The notes under the pieces: model-generated
What the model saw: only the letters and a program-made list of their open reading frames with translations
Told to the model about the DNA's origin: nothing
Database searches by the model: none
Part shown: in pieces, positions 1-8,340 of the stretch
How the letters are laid out: every line of letters starts with the position of its first letter
Numbering within the stretch: the stretch's first letter is position 1
Source of the DNA: a virus
Taxonomy: Duplodnaviria; Caudoviricetes
Reading direction: 5' to 3' (one strand)
Length of the DNA stretch: 25,348 nt
IMG/VR virus record: IMGVR_UViG_3300038406_000114
Span: 1-25,348 of that record
Translations under genes and position numbers: made by a program

Positions 1-136
1 CGGCTGGCTCTTTTTCCTCTCTGGCCGAATTTCTTGGATGTCCGTTTTGTTCCGGGTGTTGGAATGGGACGGTGGCGGTTCCTGTCTCTGGGGCAAACCG
101 GACACGCATGGTTGTCGATTCCACCAGGAGGCATAG

Positions 137-493
137 ATGGCCGCTGATAGGCTGCCGGGGCGGGTGGAGCGGGCCGTCACGGACGACATAGCCGCCCTGG
201 GGGATCTTGATGGGGAGTTTCACCGGTCGATGACCGAGGTGGCGTTGGTGTTGGCGCGGGCGGTGGACGACTCCGGGGCCGACGGTCCGGCGGCGGCGGT
301 GAACTGGGCTCGCGAGTTGCGGATGACGTTGGACAAGTTGCGGGAGGATGCTCGTGAGCGTGGCGGCGGCGACGACGATGGGGACCTCGGTACCCCGGTA
401 TGGGACCAGCCTGCCGCTGTACGGCACCCCGAGGTCGCCGGAGCGGCCGACGTTGGGGCCGAAGGTGGCGGAGGTGGCGAGGCGGCTGGGTAA
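137..493 (+). CDS. Putative terminase small subunit
   Basis: AGGAGG at 126-131; 118-aa helical protein (..ALVLARAVD..ARELRMTLDKL..) immediately upstream of and overlapping the large subunit. Confidence 0.7.
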   Translation: MAADRLPGRVERAVTDDIAALGDLDGEFHRSMTEVALVLARAVDDSGADGPAAAVNWARELRMTLDKLREDARERGGGDDDGDLGTPVWDQPAAVRHPEVAGAADVGAEGGGGGEAAG

Positions 494-1958
494 GCCGTTG
501 ATGCCGCACCAACGGCACATCGTGGATGTGGCGTTTGAGCTGGATCCGGCGACGGGGCTGCCGGCGTATGACCAGGTGATCGTGATCGGGCCGCGGCAGG
601 CGACCGGTAAGACGGAGCTGATGTTGCCGGTGATGACCCACCGGTGTGTCGGGTTCGACCGTGCGTTGGCGCAGTGGGTGCGTTCGGAGCTCGGCGTGGA
701 TGTGCCATATCCGGGGCCGCAGCGGGTGTTGTATACCGCGCAGACCGCCGACAACGCGCGGGAGAAGTGGCGTGACGTTCACGTCGCCAGGCTGAAGGAT
801 TCCCCGTTTTTCAAGCCGCGGCCGCAGTTTTCGGCCCGTCTGCGGTTGAATGCGGAGGCGATGGCCTGGAACCGGACCAGGTCGATGTGGTTGCCTGGTT
901 CGACCACTGGAAAGACCGGCGGTACCGGTGACTCGCTTGACCTGGGTGTGATCGATGAGGCGTGGTCGCGGGAGGACTTCCGTACCGAGTTGGGGATGCG
1001 GCCGGCGATGATGACTCGGCCGTGGCGGCAGCTGTGGATTGTGTCGATGATTCCGGGCCCGTCGCGGGTGAAACCGGACGAGTGGCCGTTTCTGCGGAAG
1101 AAGCGGGAGTTGGGTCGGCTGTTGGTGGAGTCGGGGCAGCGGTCGGGTACGGCGATCTTCGACTTTTGCGCGCCTTCGGGTCTGGATCCGTCTGATCCGG
1201 CGACCTGGTATACGGCGTTGCCGGGCCTGGGTCGGACGGTGTCGGAGCGGGTGGTTCGGGCGGACTTGGAGAATCCGGGGTTTCCGTTGGCCGATTTTTG
1301 CGCGGAGTATCTGGGGTGGCCGGATGATGAGGTGGGTGGTGGTTGGCGGGTGATTTCGGAGCAGGAGTGGACGGATCATGCCCGGCCGGGTGAGGAGATG
1401 GCCGGTCAGGTGGCTTTGGGTGTGTGGGTGCCACCGGATCGGGGTTGGGCGTGTGTGGCGGCGGCGGGGATGCGGCGGTGGCGGGGGAAGCTGGTGGAGA
1501 TCACCGGTTCGGCGTCCCGGAATGAGTGGGATTACCGGCGGGGCACTGGCTGGGTGTTGCCGCGGTTGAAGGACTTGGACGCCCGGCAGCAGCCGGTGGT
1601 GATCGTCACCAATGACCGGGCGTTGTGGGACCAGGCCGAACGTGAGGGGTTGAAGGTGCACCGGGCGCAGGCCGGCGATATCGCCTCCGGGGCGGCGATG
1701 TTGTTTGACGGGGTGTCCGGGGCGGATGAGGCCGGCCGGGACGTGTTCCACCTCGACCAGCGGGAGGCTGGTGTCGCGGTGCGGGCGGCGGTGAAGCGTA
1801 CGCAGGGGCAGGCGTGGGTGTGGGATTCGGACCATGAGGAGGTGGATGTGAGCCCGGTGGGTGCGTTTTCGTTGGCGTTGTGGGGGTTGTCGACGCCGCG
1901 GGTGCATGTTGAGCGGCCGGTGCCGGCTGGGCGGCCGAGGATGAGGTGGCTTTCATGA
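348..1958 (+). CDS. terL: Terminase large subunit (start may be ATG 378)
   Basis: LMPHQ adenine-binding motif, Walker A-like GPRQATGKT (588-614), Walker B LGVIDE (DE at 954-959), F.AEYLG.W motif and a C-terminal nuclease-like region ending DVSPVGAFSLALWG. Confidence 0.93.
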   Translation: MLVSVAAATTMGTSVPRYGTSLPLYGTPRSPERPTLGPKVAEVARRLGKPLMPHQRHIVDVAFELDPATGLPAYDQVIVIGPRQATGKTELMLPVMTHRCVGFDRALAQWVRSELGVDVPYPGPQRVLYTAQTADNAREKWRDVHVARLKDSPFFKPRPQFSARLRLNAEAMAWNRTRSMWLPGSTTGKTGGTGDSLDLGVIDEAWSREDFRTELGMRPAMMTRPWRQLWIVSMIPGPSRVKPDEWPFLRKKRELGRLLVESGQRSGTAIFDFCAPSGLDPSDPATWYTALPGLGRTVSERVVRADLENPGFPLADFCAEYLGWPDDEVGGGWRVISEQEWTDHARPGEEMAGQVALGVWVPPDRGWACVAAAGMRRWRGKLVEITGSASRNEWDYRRGTGWVLPRLKDLDARQQPVVIVTNDRALWDQAEREGLKVHRAQAGDIASGAAMLFDGVSGADEAGRDVFHLDQREAGVAVRAAVKRTQGQAWVWDSDHEEVDVSPVGAFSLALWGLSTPRVHVERPVPAGRPRMRWLS

Positions 1959-2170
1959 GTGACGAGCCAACGACGATGAGCATGCGGTTCCCGGTGTTGT
2001 GCTGGGACTGTGAGAAGACTCTTACGGATGGCAACGTGCGTGAGCTGGATGAGCACCAGATCCAGTTGTCGGGGTCGGTGGGGCAGCCTGCGGTGAAGGT
2101 GCGCCGGATCGTGCGGATGGTGTGCGAGTTCTGCTACGACTACGTGCATGGGCCGGCGCGTACGCTGTGA
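1955..2170 (+). CDS. Small hypothetical protein with two CxxC pairs (zinc-ribbon-like)
   Basis: ATGA overlap with the terL stop; CWDC and CEFC motifs; GTGA overlap with the next gene. Confidence 0.7.
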   Translation: MSDEPTTMSMRFPVLCWDCEKTLTDGNVRELDEHQIQLSGSVGQPAVKVRRIVRMVCEFCYDYVHGPARTL

Positions 2171-2481
2171 CCATGGTGGCGACGACCTACACCAGCACCC
2201 GCGGCCGGCCAGTCCACGCCGCCCGGCCGGTGTCGGCGTGGCAGAAACGGTGGGCCGCACGCGCGCAGTGGTGGCGGTACACCGGCCGGCGGATGGCCTA
2301 CCGGGGCGGCCGGGCGGCGGGCCGCACCGCCGGCAGGGTGTGGACCCGCCTGGCGCCGGCTTCGCTGTCGATGCTCGGGCTCGGGTCGCTGACGGGCGCG
2401 GCGTTCCAGTTCGGGACGGTGGCCGGGCTGGTCGTACTGGGCCTGTCGGCGTTTGTGCTGGAGTGGCGGGTCAGCCGGTGA
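2167..2481 (+). CDS. Small membrane protein preceding the portal
   Basis: GTGA-coupled at both ends (alternative ATG 2173); Arg-rich N-terminus and two C-terminal hydrophobic segments (LSMLGLGSLTGAAFQFGTVAGLVVLGLSAFVLEW). Confidence 0.7.
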   Translation: MTMVATTYTSTRGRPVHAARPVSAWQKRWAARAQWWRYTGRRMAYRGGRAAGRTAGRVWTRLAPASLSMLGLGSLTGAAFQFGTVAGLVVLGLSAFVLEWRVSR

Positions 2482-3719
2482 GGTCGCTGATCGGTGGTCT
2501 GGTCGACGGAATCCGCTCCGTCCGGAACCGGGCCGCCGTGCCCTACGTGTCCCGCACCGGGTCCCCGTGGCTGATGCCGATGATGCGCCACGACAACGAG
2601 TCCTACATGCGGGCTATGGGCTCCGTCGGGACCCTGTTCGCCATCGTGTCCCGGCTCGCGGATTCGACTGCCGAGGTGGAATGGCGGCTGTGGCGCAAAG
2701 CCCCATCCGGCAAAGACGAAGATCGCAAGCCGGTGTTGCGGCATGCCGCCCTGGATCTGCTCACCACCCCGAACCCGTTCTTCCAACGCCGCCTATTCGT
2801 GGAAGCGACGCAGCAGCACATCGATTTGACCGGTGAGGGCTGGTGGGTGATCTGGCGGGACCCCCGGTCGCCGCTGCCGTTGGAGTTGTGGCCGGTGCGG
2901 CCGGACCGGATGGAACCGGTGCCGCATCGGGACCGGTTCATCTCCGGGTACGTGTACCACGGCCCGGACGGTGAAAAGGTGCCGCTGGCTGTCGATGACG
3001 TCATTTCGATCAAAATGCCGAACCCGTTGGACCCGTATCGGGGTCTGGGGCCGGTGCAGGCCATCATGACCGACCTGGATTCGGCCCGCTACGGCTCGGA
3101 GTGGAACCGCAACTTCTTCCTCAACGGGGCGGAGCCGGGTGGCATTGTCGAAGTTGATGAGCGGCTGTCCGACGACGAGTTCAATGAGATGGCCGAACGG
3201 TGGCGTGAACAGCACCAAGGGGTCGCAAACGCGCACCGGGTGGCGATCCTGGAGCGTGGGAAGTGGGTTGAGCGCAAGTTTTCGATGCGGGACATGCAGT
3301 TCACCCAGTTGCGGGAGGTCAGCCGGGAGACGATCCGGGAGGCGTTCGGATTCCCCAAGGGCATGCTCGGCTCTGTTGATGACGTGAACCGGGCCAACGC
3401 CGAGGCCGGCGAGATCATGTTCGCCAGGTGGCTGGTGCAGCCCCGCTGCGAGCGGCTGAAAACCGTGTTGAACTATCAGCTGCTGCCGCTGTTCGGGTCC
3501 ACCGCCCAGGGGCTCGAGTTCGACTACGTCACCCCGGTTCCGCAGTCCCGTGAGGATGTTGACCGGGAACGGGACTCGAAGGCGGCGGCGGCGGCCACGT
3601 TGGTGTCTGCCGGCTATGACCCGGACGATGTCACTGATGCGATGGGGTTGCCGCGGATGCGGCACAATCCGACGCCGCCGCCCGCTGAACCGGCCATGGA
3701 GCCGGCGCCTGTCGCCTGA
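2478..3719 (+). CDS. Phage portal protein, HK97 family
   Basis: Motifs LLTTPNPF, LTGEGWW, LWPVRPDRM, YRGLGP, FFLNGAEPGGIV, IREAFGFP..MLG; GTG start overlaps the upstream stop. Confidence 0.95.
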   Translation: MRSLIGGLVDGIRSVRNRAAVPYVSRTGSPWLMPMMRHDNESYMRAMGSVGTLFAIVSRLADSTAEVEWRLWRKAPSGKDEDRKPVLRHAALDLLTTPNPFFQRRLFVEATQQHIDLTGEGWWVIWRDPRSPLPLELWPVRPDRMEPVPHRDRFISGYVYHGPDGEKVPLAVDDVISIKMPNPLDPYRGLGPVQAIMTDLDSARYGSEWNRNFFLNGAEPGGIVEVDERLSDDEFNEMAERWREQHQGVANAHRVAILERGKWVERKFSMRDMQFTQLREVSRETIREAFGFPKGMLGSVDDVNRANAEAGEIMFARWLVQPRCERLKTVLNYQLLPLFGSTAQGLEFDYVTPVPQSREDVDRERDSKAAAAATLVSAGYDPDDVTDAMGLPRMRHNPTPPPAEPAMEPAPVA

Positions 3720-3787
3720 CCACGTCTGCGGCGGTTCCTACCTGCGTGTTGTGCCGATCTACGGGTGTACTCTGACCGTCAACGGAC

Positions 3788-3818
3788 GCTACCGAAGGCA
3801 ACCGGAGGCAAACGTGGG
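3788..3818 (+). promoter_or_regulatory. Intergenic 31-bp motif, copy 1 (10-bp phased repeats)
   Basis: GCTACCGAAGGCAACCGGAGGCAAACGTGGG; 27/31 identical to 10220-10250. Confidence 0.7.
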
Positions 3819-3836
3819 TAAAACGGCGGTAGGCGG

Positions 3837-4883
3837 GTGAGCACGAAGTCCATCCACCGGCGGCGCCTAGACGACTACGCCGCCCGGATCGTCGACCGTG
3901 CCGCCACCGCCCGGCTCACCCCCGCCGACCTTCGCCAGACGAAACTGGCCTGGTACTCCATCGTCAACTCCGACGACGACGACCAGGCCACCGTCTACGT
4001 GTACGACGAGGTCGGAGGCACGTTCGGCGTCGACGCCGAACAGTTCGCCAAGGATCTGGCCGAAATCACCGCCCCGATGGTGCATGTTCGGATCAACTCA
4101 CCCGGCGGGGGCCTGTTCGACGGCATCGCCATCTACAACAGCCTGCTCGCGCATCCGTCGAAGGTGACCGTGCACGTCGACGGCATCGCCGCCTCGATCG
4201 CCTCGGTGATCGCCATGGCCGGCGACGAGGTGGTCATGGGCCCGGGGTCGCAGATGATGATCCACGACGCGCTTGGGATCGAGCTGGGCAACGCCGAAGA
4301 CCACAACCGTATGGCCACCTTCCTCGACCGGCAGTCCGATAACATCGCCGAGATCTACCAGCGGCGTGCCGGCGGCGATGCGGGCCAGTGGCGGCAGCGG
4401 ATGCTCGCCGAGACGTGGCTGTTCGCCGGTGAGGCGATCGAGTTGGGGTTGGCGGACCGGGTTGACGACACCCCGGCGCCGGATCCCGACGATGATGATC
4501 TGGATGTGGAGCTCCAGGATCTGATGTCGCGGACGTTCAACGTGGCCGACCGGTTCCGGTACGCCGGCCGCGGGGCCGCACCCGACCCGGCGGCGGTGGT
4601 GAACGTCGCCGGCAGGCCTCAGCCCGCCCCGGCTCCGGTGGCCGCTGAGCCGGCCGGTGACCCGCCGCTGCAGCTGCCGGCGAACCTGGGCGACATGTTC
4701 AAGGCGGCGGTGGCCGACGCCGCCGCGGAGCCGTTCCACCTGGACCCGGACGTGTTCCGCACCGCGGTCCGGGACCGGTCCGAAAACGCACCGGCGCCGA
4801 CCGTTTCGACGCCGCCAGCAGCACCAGCAACACGGATAGACGTCAATGACATAGTGAACGCGCTCAGGGAGGGTCTGCGATGA
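3837..4883 (+). CDS. ClpP-type prohead (head maturation) protease with Pro/Ala-rich C-terminal extension
   Basis: VRINSPGG, DGIAASIAS (catalytic Ser), MMIHD (His), ETWL..EAIELGLAD; lies between portal and capsid. Confidence 0.95.
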   Translation: MSTKSIHRRRLDDYAARIVDRAATARLTPADLRQTKLAWYSIVNSDDDDQATVYVYDEVGGTFGVDAEQFAKDLAEITAPMVHVRINSPGGGLFDGIAIYNSLLAHPSKVTVHVDGIAASIASVIAMAGDEVVMGPGSQMMIHDALGIELGNAEDHNRMATFLDRQSDNIAEIYQRRAGGDAGQWRQRMLAETWLFAGEAIELGLADRVDDTPAPDPDDDDLDVELQDLMSRTFNVADRFRYAGRGAAPDPAAVVNVAGRPQPAPAPVAAEPAGDPPLQLPANLGDMFKAAVADAAAEPFHLDPDVFRTAVRDRSENAPAPTVSTPPAAPATRIDVNDIVNALREGLR

Positions 4884-6256
4884 CCGCACCAACGATGAAC
4901 AAGGACGACGTGGAGCGGATCACCATCCCCGACACCCCTGCCGGGCTCGAGGAGATGCTCGCCGACCCGAAGCGGATGCAGGCCCTGTTCGCGCAGAAGG
5001 ACGGCTTCTCCGACTTCATCCGCAACTATGCCAAGACGGTCCTGGACAAGGACCAGGCGATCGCCACGCAGGTGCGAGACGAAACCCAGCGGGTCCTGAC
5101 GCAGTGGCTGAAGGACAACCGCGAGGACGGCGTGGCGCCGGTCAACCTGAACGTCAACCCGACCACCGTGATGCAGACCGCCAACGCCCGCGGCGGGTTG
5201 CACAACCCGCGGGCCATGGGCTCGGTCCTGGACAAGGAGTTCAAGAACAGCTCGGAGTTCTTCTCCCTGATCTGGCACAACCGGAACCGGGACGCGCAGG
5301 CGCAGGCGCAGCTGTCGCGGGTCCGCAACGCGTTCTCGAGCACGGTGCCATCCGAGGGCGGATTCCTCATCCCGGAGACGCTCCGCAGCGAGTTGCTGCG
5401 GGTGTCGCTGGAAACGTCGGTGGTGCGGCCGCGGGCGCGGGTGATCCCCATGGAGACACTGCGGGTGCCGTTCCCGGCGATCGACTCCACCTCCAACGTG
5501 TCGTCCGTCCACGGCGGCATCGTCGGCTACTGGACCGAGGAAGGTGGCCAACTCACCGACAGCTCGGCAGCGTTCGGCCGGATCATCCTCGAGGCCAAGA
5601 AGCTGACCGCGTACACCCAGGTCCCCAACGAGCTGATCTCCGACTCGATCTCCAGCTTCCAGGCGTTCATCGACGAACTGTTCCCCGAGGCGCTCGGCTT
5701 CTACGAGGACGACGGGTTCATCAACGGCGACGGGGTGGGCAAGCCCCTCGGGTACCGCAACGGCACCGCGGTGGTGTCGGTGACTGCCGAAGGCGGGCAG
5801 TCGGCGGACACGATCGTGTGGGAGAACCTGGTGAAAATGTTCGCCCGCATGCTGCCGGGGTCGCTGAACCGGGCGGTGTGGATCGCATCGCCGAACACGT
5901 TCCCCGAGCTCGCGACGATGGCGCTCAGCGTGGGGACGGGTGGTGCGCCGGTGTGGCTGTCCAACGGCGCCGAGGGCCCGCCGATGACGATCCTTGGCCG
6001 GCCGGTGATCTTCTCCGAAAAGGTGCCGCCGCTGGGTGACGCCGGCGACATCTCCTTCGTCGACTTCGGCTACTACCTGATCGGCGACCGGCAGGTCATG
6101 TCGGCCATGTCCAGCCCGCATTTCCGGTTCCAGAACGACGAAACCGCCTATCGGATCATCGAGCGGCTGGACGGCCGGCCGTGGCTCAACTCGGCGATCA
6201 CTCCCAAGAACAACAGCGACACCCTGTCGCCGTTCGTGCAGATCGCGGCACGCTAA
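4880..6256 (+). CDS. Major capsid protein, HK97 fold, with N-terminal scaffold (delta-like) region
   Basis: SEGGFLIPE, WTEEG, F..I.LEAKKL, NELISDS, FINGDGVGKPLG, TILGRPV, ERLDGRP motifs. Confidence 0.96.
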   Translation: MTAPTMNKDDVERITIPDTPAGLEEMLADPKRMQALFAQKDGFSDFIRNYAKTVLDKDQAIATQVRDETQRVLTQWLKDNREDGVAPVNLNVNPTTVMQTANARGGLHNPRAMGSVLDKEFKNSSEFFSLIWHNRNRDAQAQAQLSRVRNAFSSTVPSEGGFLIPETLRSELLRVSLETSVVRPRARVIPMETLRVPFPAIDSTSNVSSVHGGIVGYWTEEGGQLTDSSAAFGRIILEAKKLTAYTQVPNELISDSISSFQAFIDELFPEALGFYEDDGFINGDGVGKPLGYRNGTAVVSVTAEGGQSADTIVWENLVKMFARMLPGSLNRAVWIASPNTFPELATMALSVGTGGAPVWLSNGAEGPPMTILGRPVIFSEKVPPLGDAGDISFVDFGYYLIGDRQVMSAMSSPHFRFQNDETAYRIIERLDGRPWLNSAITPKNNSDTLSPFVQIAAR

Positions 6257-6265
6257 GGCGTTCCA

Positions 6266-6320
6266 CCACCCGCTGGGCATTCCAACCCCCGGCGGGTGGC
6301 CAAAATGGGCAGTGATGCCC
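6266..6320 (+). terminator. Two stem-loops after the capsid gene (attenuator or mRNA-stabilising element)
   Basis: 12-bp stem CCACCCGCTGGG/CCCGGCGGGTGG with one G-U (6266-6299), then GGGCA-GTGA-TGCCC (6307-6320); no U tract. Confidence 0.55.
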
Positions 6321-6341
6321 CCAGAGTAGGAAGGAACCGAC

Positions 6342-6752
6342 ATGGAAGCGCTTGGGCGACTGTTCAACGTGGTCGGTGCGGCCGTAGACATTCCAGTCAG
6401 CCTGGAGAACGCCAGCGGCGTCACCTTCATCTGCCTGACCGACGACGACTTCACCGTTCAGGAACACATCGGGTTCGGCGGCGCCGGCCAGGACCTCGAC
6501 ACCGTCGACCACTACTACGCCGCGTCGGCGGCTGACGGGTCGGTGGCGTGGACCCGGGAGACGCAGACCGCCGATGCGGTGGTAGACGCCGACGGGGCGC
6601 TGGCGGTGGCGATCTACGTCGGCGCCGACCAGCTGTCCGACGGCTACACCCACGTCGATGTCGGCGCCGCCGGCGCCGGTACGGTCATCGCGATCGTGCA
6701 CGACCTGGCCGTGGCGCGAACCCCGCAGAACCTACCAGCGCTGGGAGCGTGA
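6342..6752 (+). CDS. Hypothetical beta-rich virion protein (possible capsid decoration)
   Basis: AGGAAGGA upstream; acidic 136-aa ORF directly after the capsid gene. Confidence 0.65.
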   Translation: MEALGRLFNVVGAAVDIPVSLENASGVTFICLTDDDFTVQEHIGFGGAGQDLDTVDHYYAASAADGSVAWTRETQTADAVVDADGALAVAIYVGADQLSDGYTHVDVGAAGAGTVIAIVHDLAVARTPQNLPALGA

Positions 6753-6753
6753 C

Positions 6754-7230
6754 ATGACCGTTCTGATTCAAGGCTCGCAGCTGCGGGCGTTGCTGCTCGG
6801 CGTGCGGGTGTCGAAGGGTCCGGTGGACACCGCCAACGGCACCACCGACCTGTTCACCATCACCGGCGGCCGGGTCGTCATCACCAGCCTGCTCGGGAAG
6901 GTGACTACCGCGTTCGGGGCAACCCCCGCGAACGCGAAGATCGTGTACGACCCGACCGCGGCTGGCACGTCGTTCGACCTGTGCACCGCGGTAGCCGTCG
7001 CGTCCGACGCGATCGGGCAGACGTACACCTTGGCCGGTGATGTCGAAACCCCGGGTGCGCTGCTGGTCGCCGGCGAGGTGGGGCAGGCAAATGCGGTGCT
7101 CACCAAGCCGTTGGCGTTGGACAACGGCACGATCGAGCTGAACCTGTCCGCCGACCCGGGGGTGGGTGCCAGCCTGTGGACGGTCACCTACATTCCGCTC
7201 GACGACGGCGCAGCGGTTGCGGCGGCCTGA
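6754..7230 (+). CDS. Hypothetical beta-rich virion protein
   Basis: ATG 1 nt after the previous stop with GGGAG upstream; Thr/Gly/Val-rich, ends WTVTYIPLDDGAAVAAA. Confidence 0.7.
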   Translation: MTVLIQGSQLRALLLGVRVSKGPVDTANGTTDLFTITGGRVVITSLLGKVTTAFGATPANAKIVYDPTAAGTSFDLCTAVAVASDAIGQTYTLAGDVETPGALLVAGEVGQANAVLTKPLALDNGTIELNLSADPGVGASLWTVTYIPLDDGAAVAAA

Positions 7231-7231
7231 C

Positions 7232-7546
7232 ATGGGCAAAATCTCCAAGCATGGTGGGCCGTCGATCCGGGTGTTCCAAACCCCGGCGCAGGTGCTGCAG
7301 CAGCGGGGGAAGTTGGGCCCGTACGGCGGTGAGGCGAAGGTGGAAACCTTCGCCACCGTCCAGGACGACGACGACGTTGCGGCGGTGGACCCGGAGCTCG
7401 TGGCGGAGGCCGCGGCCGCCGGCACGGGTGAGCCGTCGACGGCGGACATCCGCGCGTGGGCCCGCGACCAAGGCTACGAGGTGGCCAGCTCGGGGAAGAT
7501 CTCCCAGGAGATCGTCGACGCCTACCACGAAGCGCACCTGACGTAG
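7232..7546 (+). CDS. Protein with C-terminal Lsr2-type DNA-binding domain
   Basis: C-terminus TADIRAWARDQGYEVASSGKISQEIVDAYHEAH matches the Lsr2 pattern IR.WA...G..V...G.I...DAY; no Lsr2 N-terminal dimerisation domain recognisable. Confidence 0.8.
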   Translation: MGKISKHGGPSIRVFQTPAQVLQQRGKLGPYGGEAKVETFATVQDDDDVAAVDPELVAEAAAAGTGEPSTADIRAWARDQGYEVASSGKISQEIVDAYHEAHLT

Positions 7547-7560
7547 GCAGGTCGCTGGCG

Positions 7561-7899
7561 ATGGCGGACGGGGTGCGCATTCAGCCTCAGCCGGCCCGGC
7601 TGCGGGCTGAGGGCGTCGGCTCTGCCGCTCACCGGCTGTTCGTGGTGCGGGATGTTACCCGGCCGCTGCCACCGCCGTGGTCGGCGTGTGGCACCTGCGG
7701 AGTGGCGCACGGGTGCAAGACGTACCACCTGCAGCTCGACGGCGACGGGACGGTCATCGTGTCCACGACCATCTGGGCGAATCTGCAACGTCTGCACGAC
7801 CGTGGCGGGTTCGAGCAGGTGAACGTGGTGGCCACGCCGCCGGCACAGGGTCTGGTGTTCCCGGCGGCCGCGGTGCAGATCAGACCGACACCAATGTAA
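7561..7899 (+). CDS. Hypothetical Cys/His-containing protein
   Basis: Fills the gap between flanking genes; CGTC...H.CKTYH possible metal-binding motif. Confidence 0.65.
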   Translation: MADGVRIQPQPARLRAEGVGSAAHRLFVVRDVTRPLPPPWSACGTCGVAHGCKTYHLQLDGDGTVIVSTTIWANLQRLHDRGGFEQVNVVATPPAQGLVFPAAAVQIRPTPM

Positions 7900-7909
7900 G
7901 GGGATACCC

Positions 7910-8335
7910 ATGGCGACCGTGGTACACACGAACTGGCTGCAGCTGATGCTCGGCGCCGCCGGGGTGACCGGGACGCTGCCAGACTTCGACGGGGATAACA
8001 TCGACGCCAGCCTCCTCGACGAGACCGACTCCGGCACCATCACCGCGGCCACCGTCGACTACGACGAGGTGGACGCGGCCGACGTGGTCGCCACCGGCGA
8101 CGTGTCCGTGGCGTCGATCTCCGGCGGGGTGGTCACCCTGTCCGGTGCGGTCACGTTCACCGCGGTCACCGGCGACGCCGCCGACTACCTGACGGTGTTT
8201 AAGAACTCGGGCACCCCGGCCTCGTCGCCGCTGATCATCACCTGGGACTCGGCCAGCACCGGCCTGCCGGTGACACCCAACGGCGGCGACATCACCGCCA
8301 CCTGGGGATCGAACATCCTCGTCACCCTGAGCTGA
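7910..8335 (+). CDS. Small acidic beta-rich virion protein (fibre/spike-associated by position)
   Basis: AAGGGG RBS; 141 aa ending GLPVTPNGGDITATWG; directly upstream of the long repeat protein. Confidence 0.65.
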   Translation: MATVVHTNWLQLMLGAAGVTGTLPDFDGDNIDASLLDETDSGTITAATVDYDEVDAADVVATGDVSVASISGGVVTLSGAVTFTAVTGDAADYLTVFKNSGTPASSPLIITWDSASTGLPVTPNGGDITATWGSNILVTLS

Positions 8336-8340
8336 CCGCC

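Noticed and set aside
348-493. Long terS/terL overlap as a possible frameshift error
   Set aside because: Both frames are intact with plausible starts, and overlap of terminase genes is common in phages.
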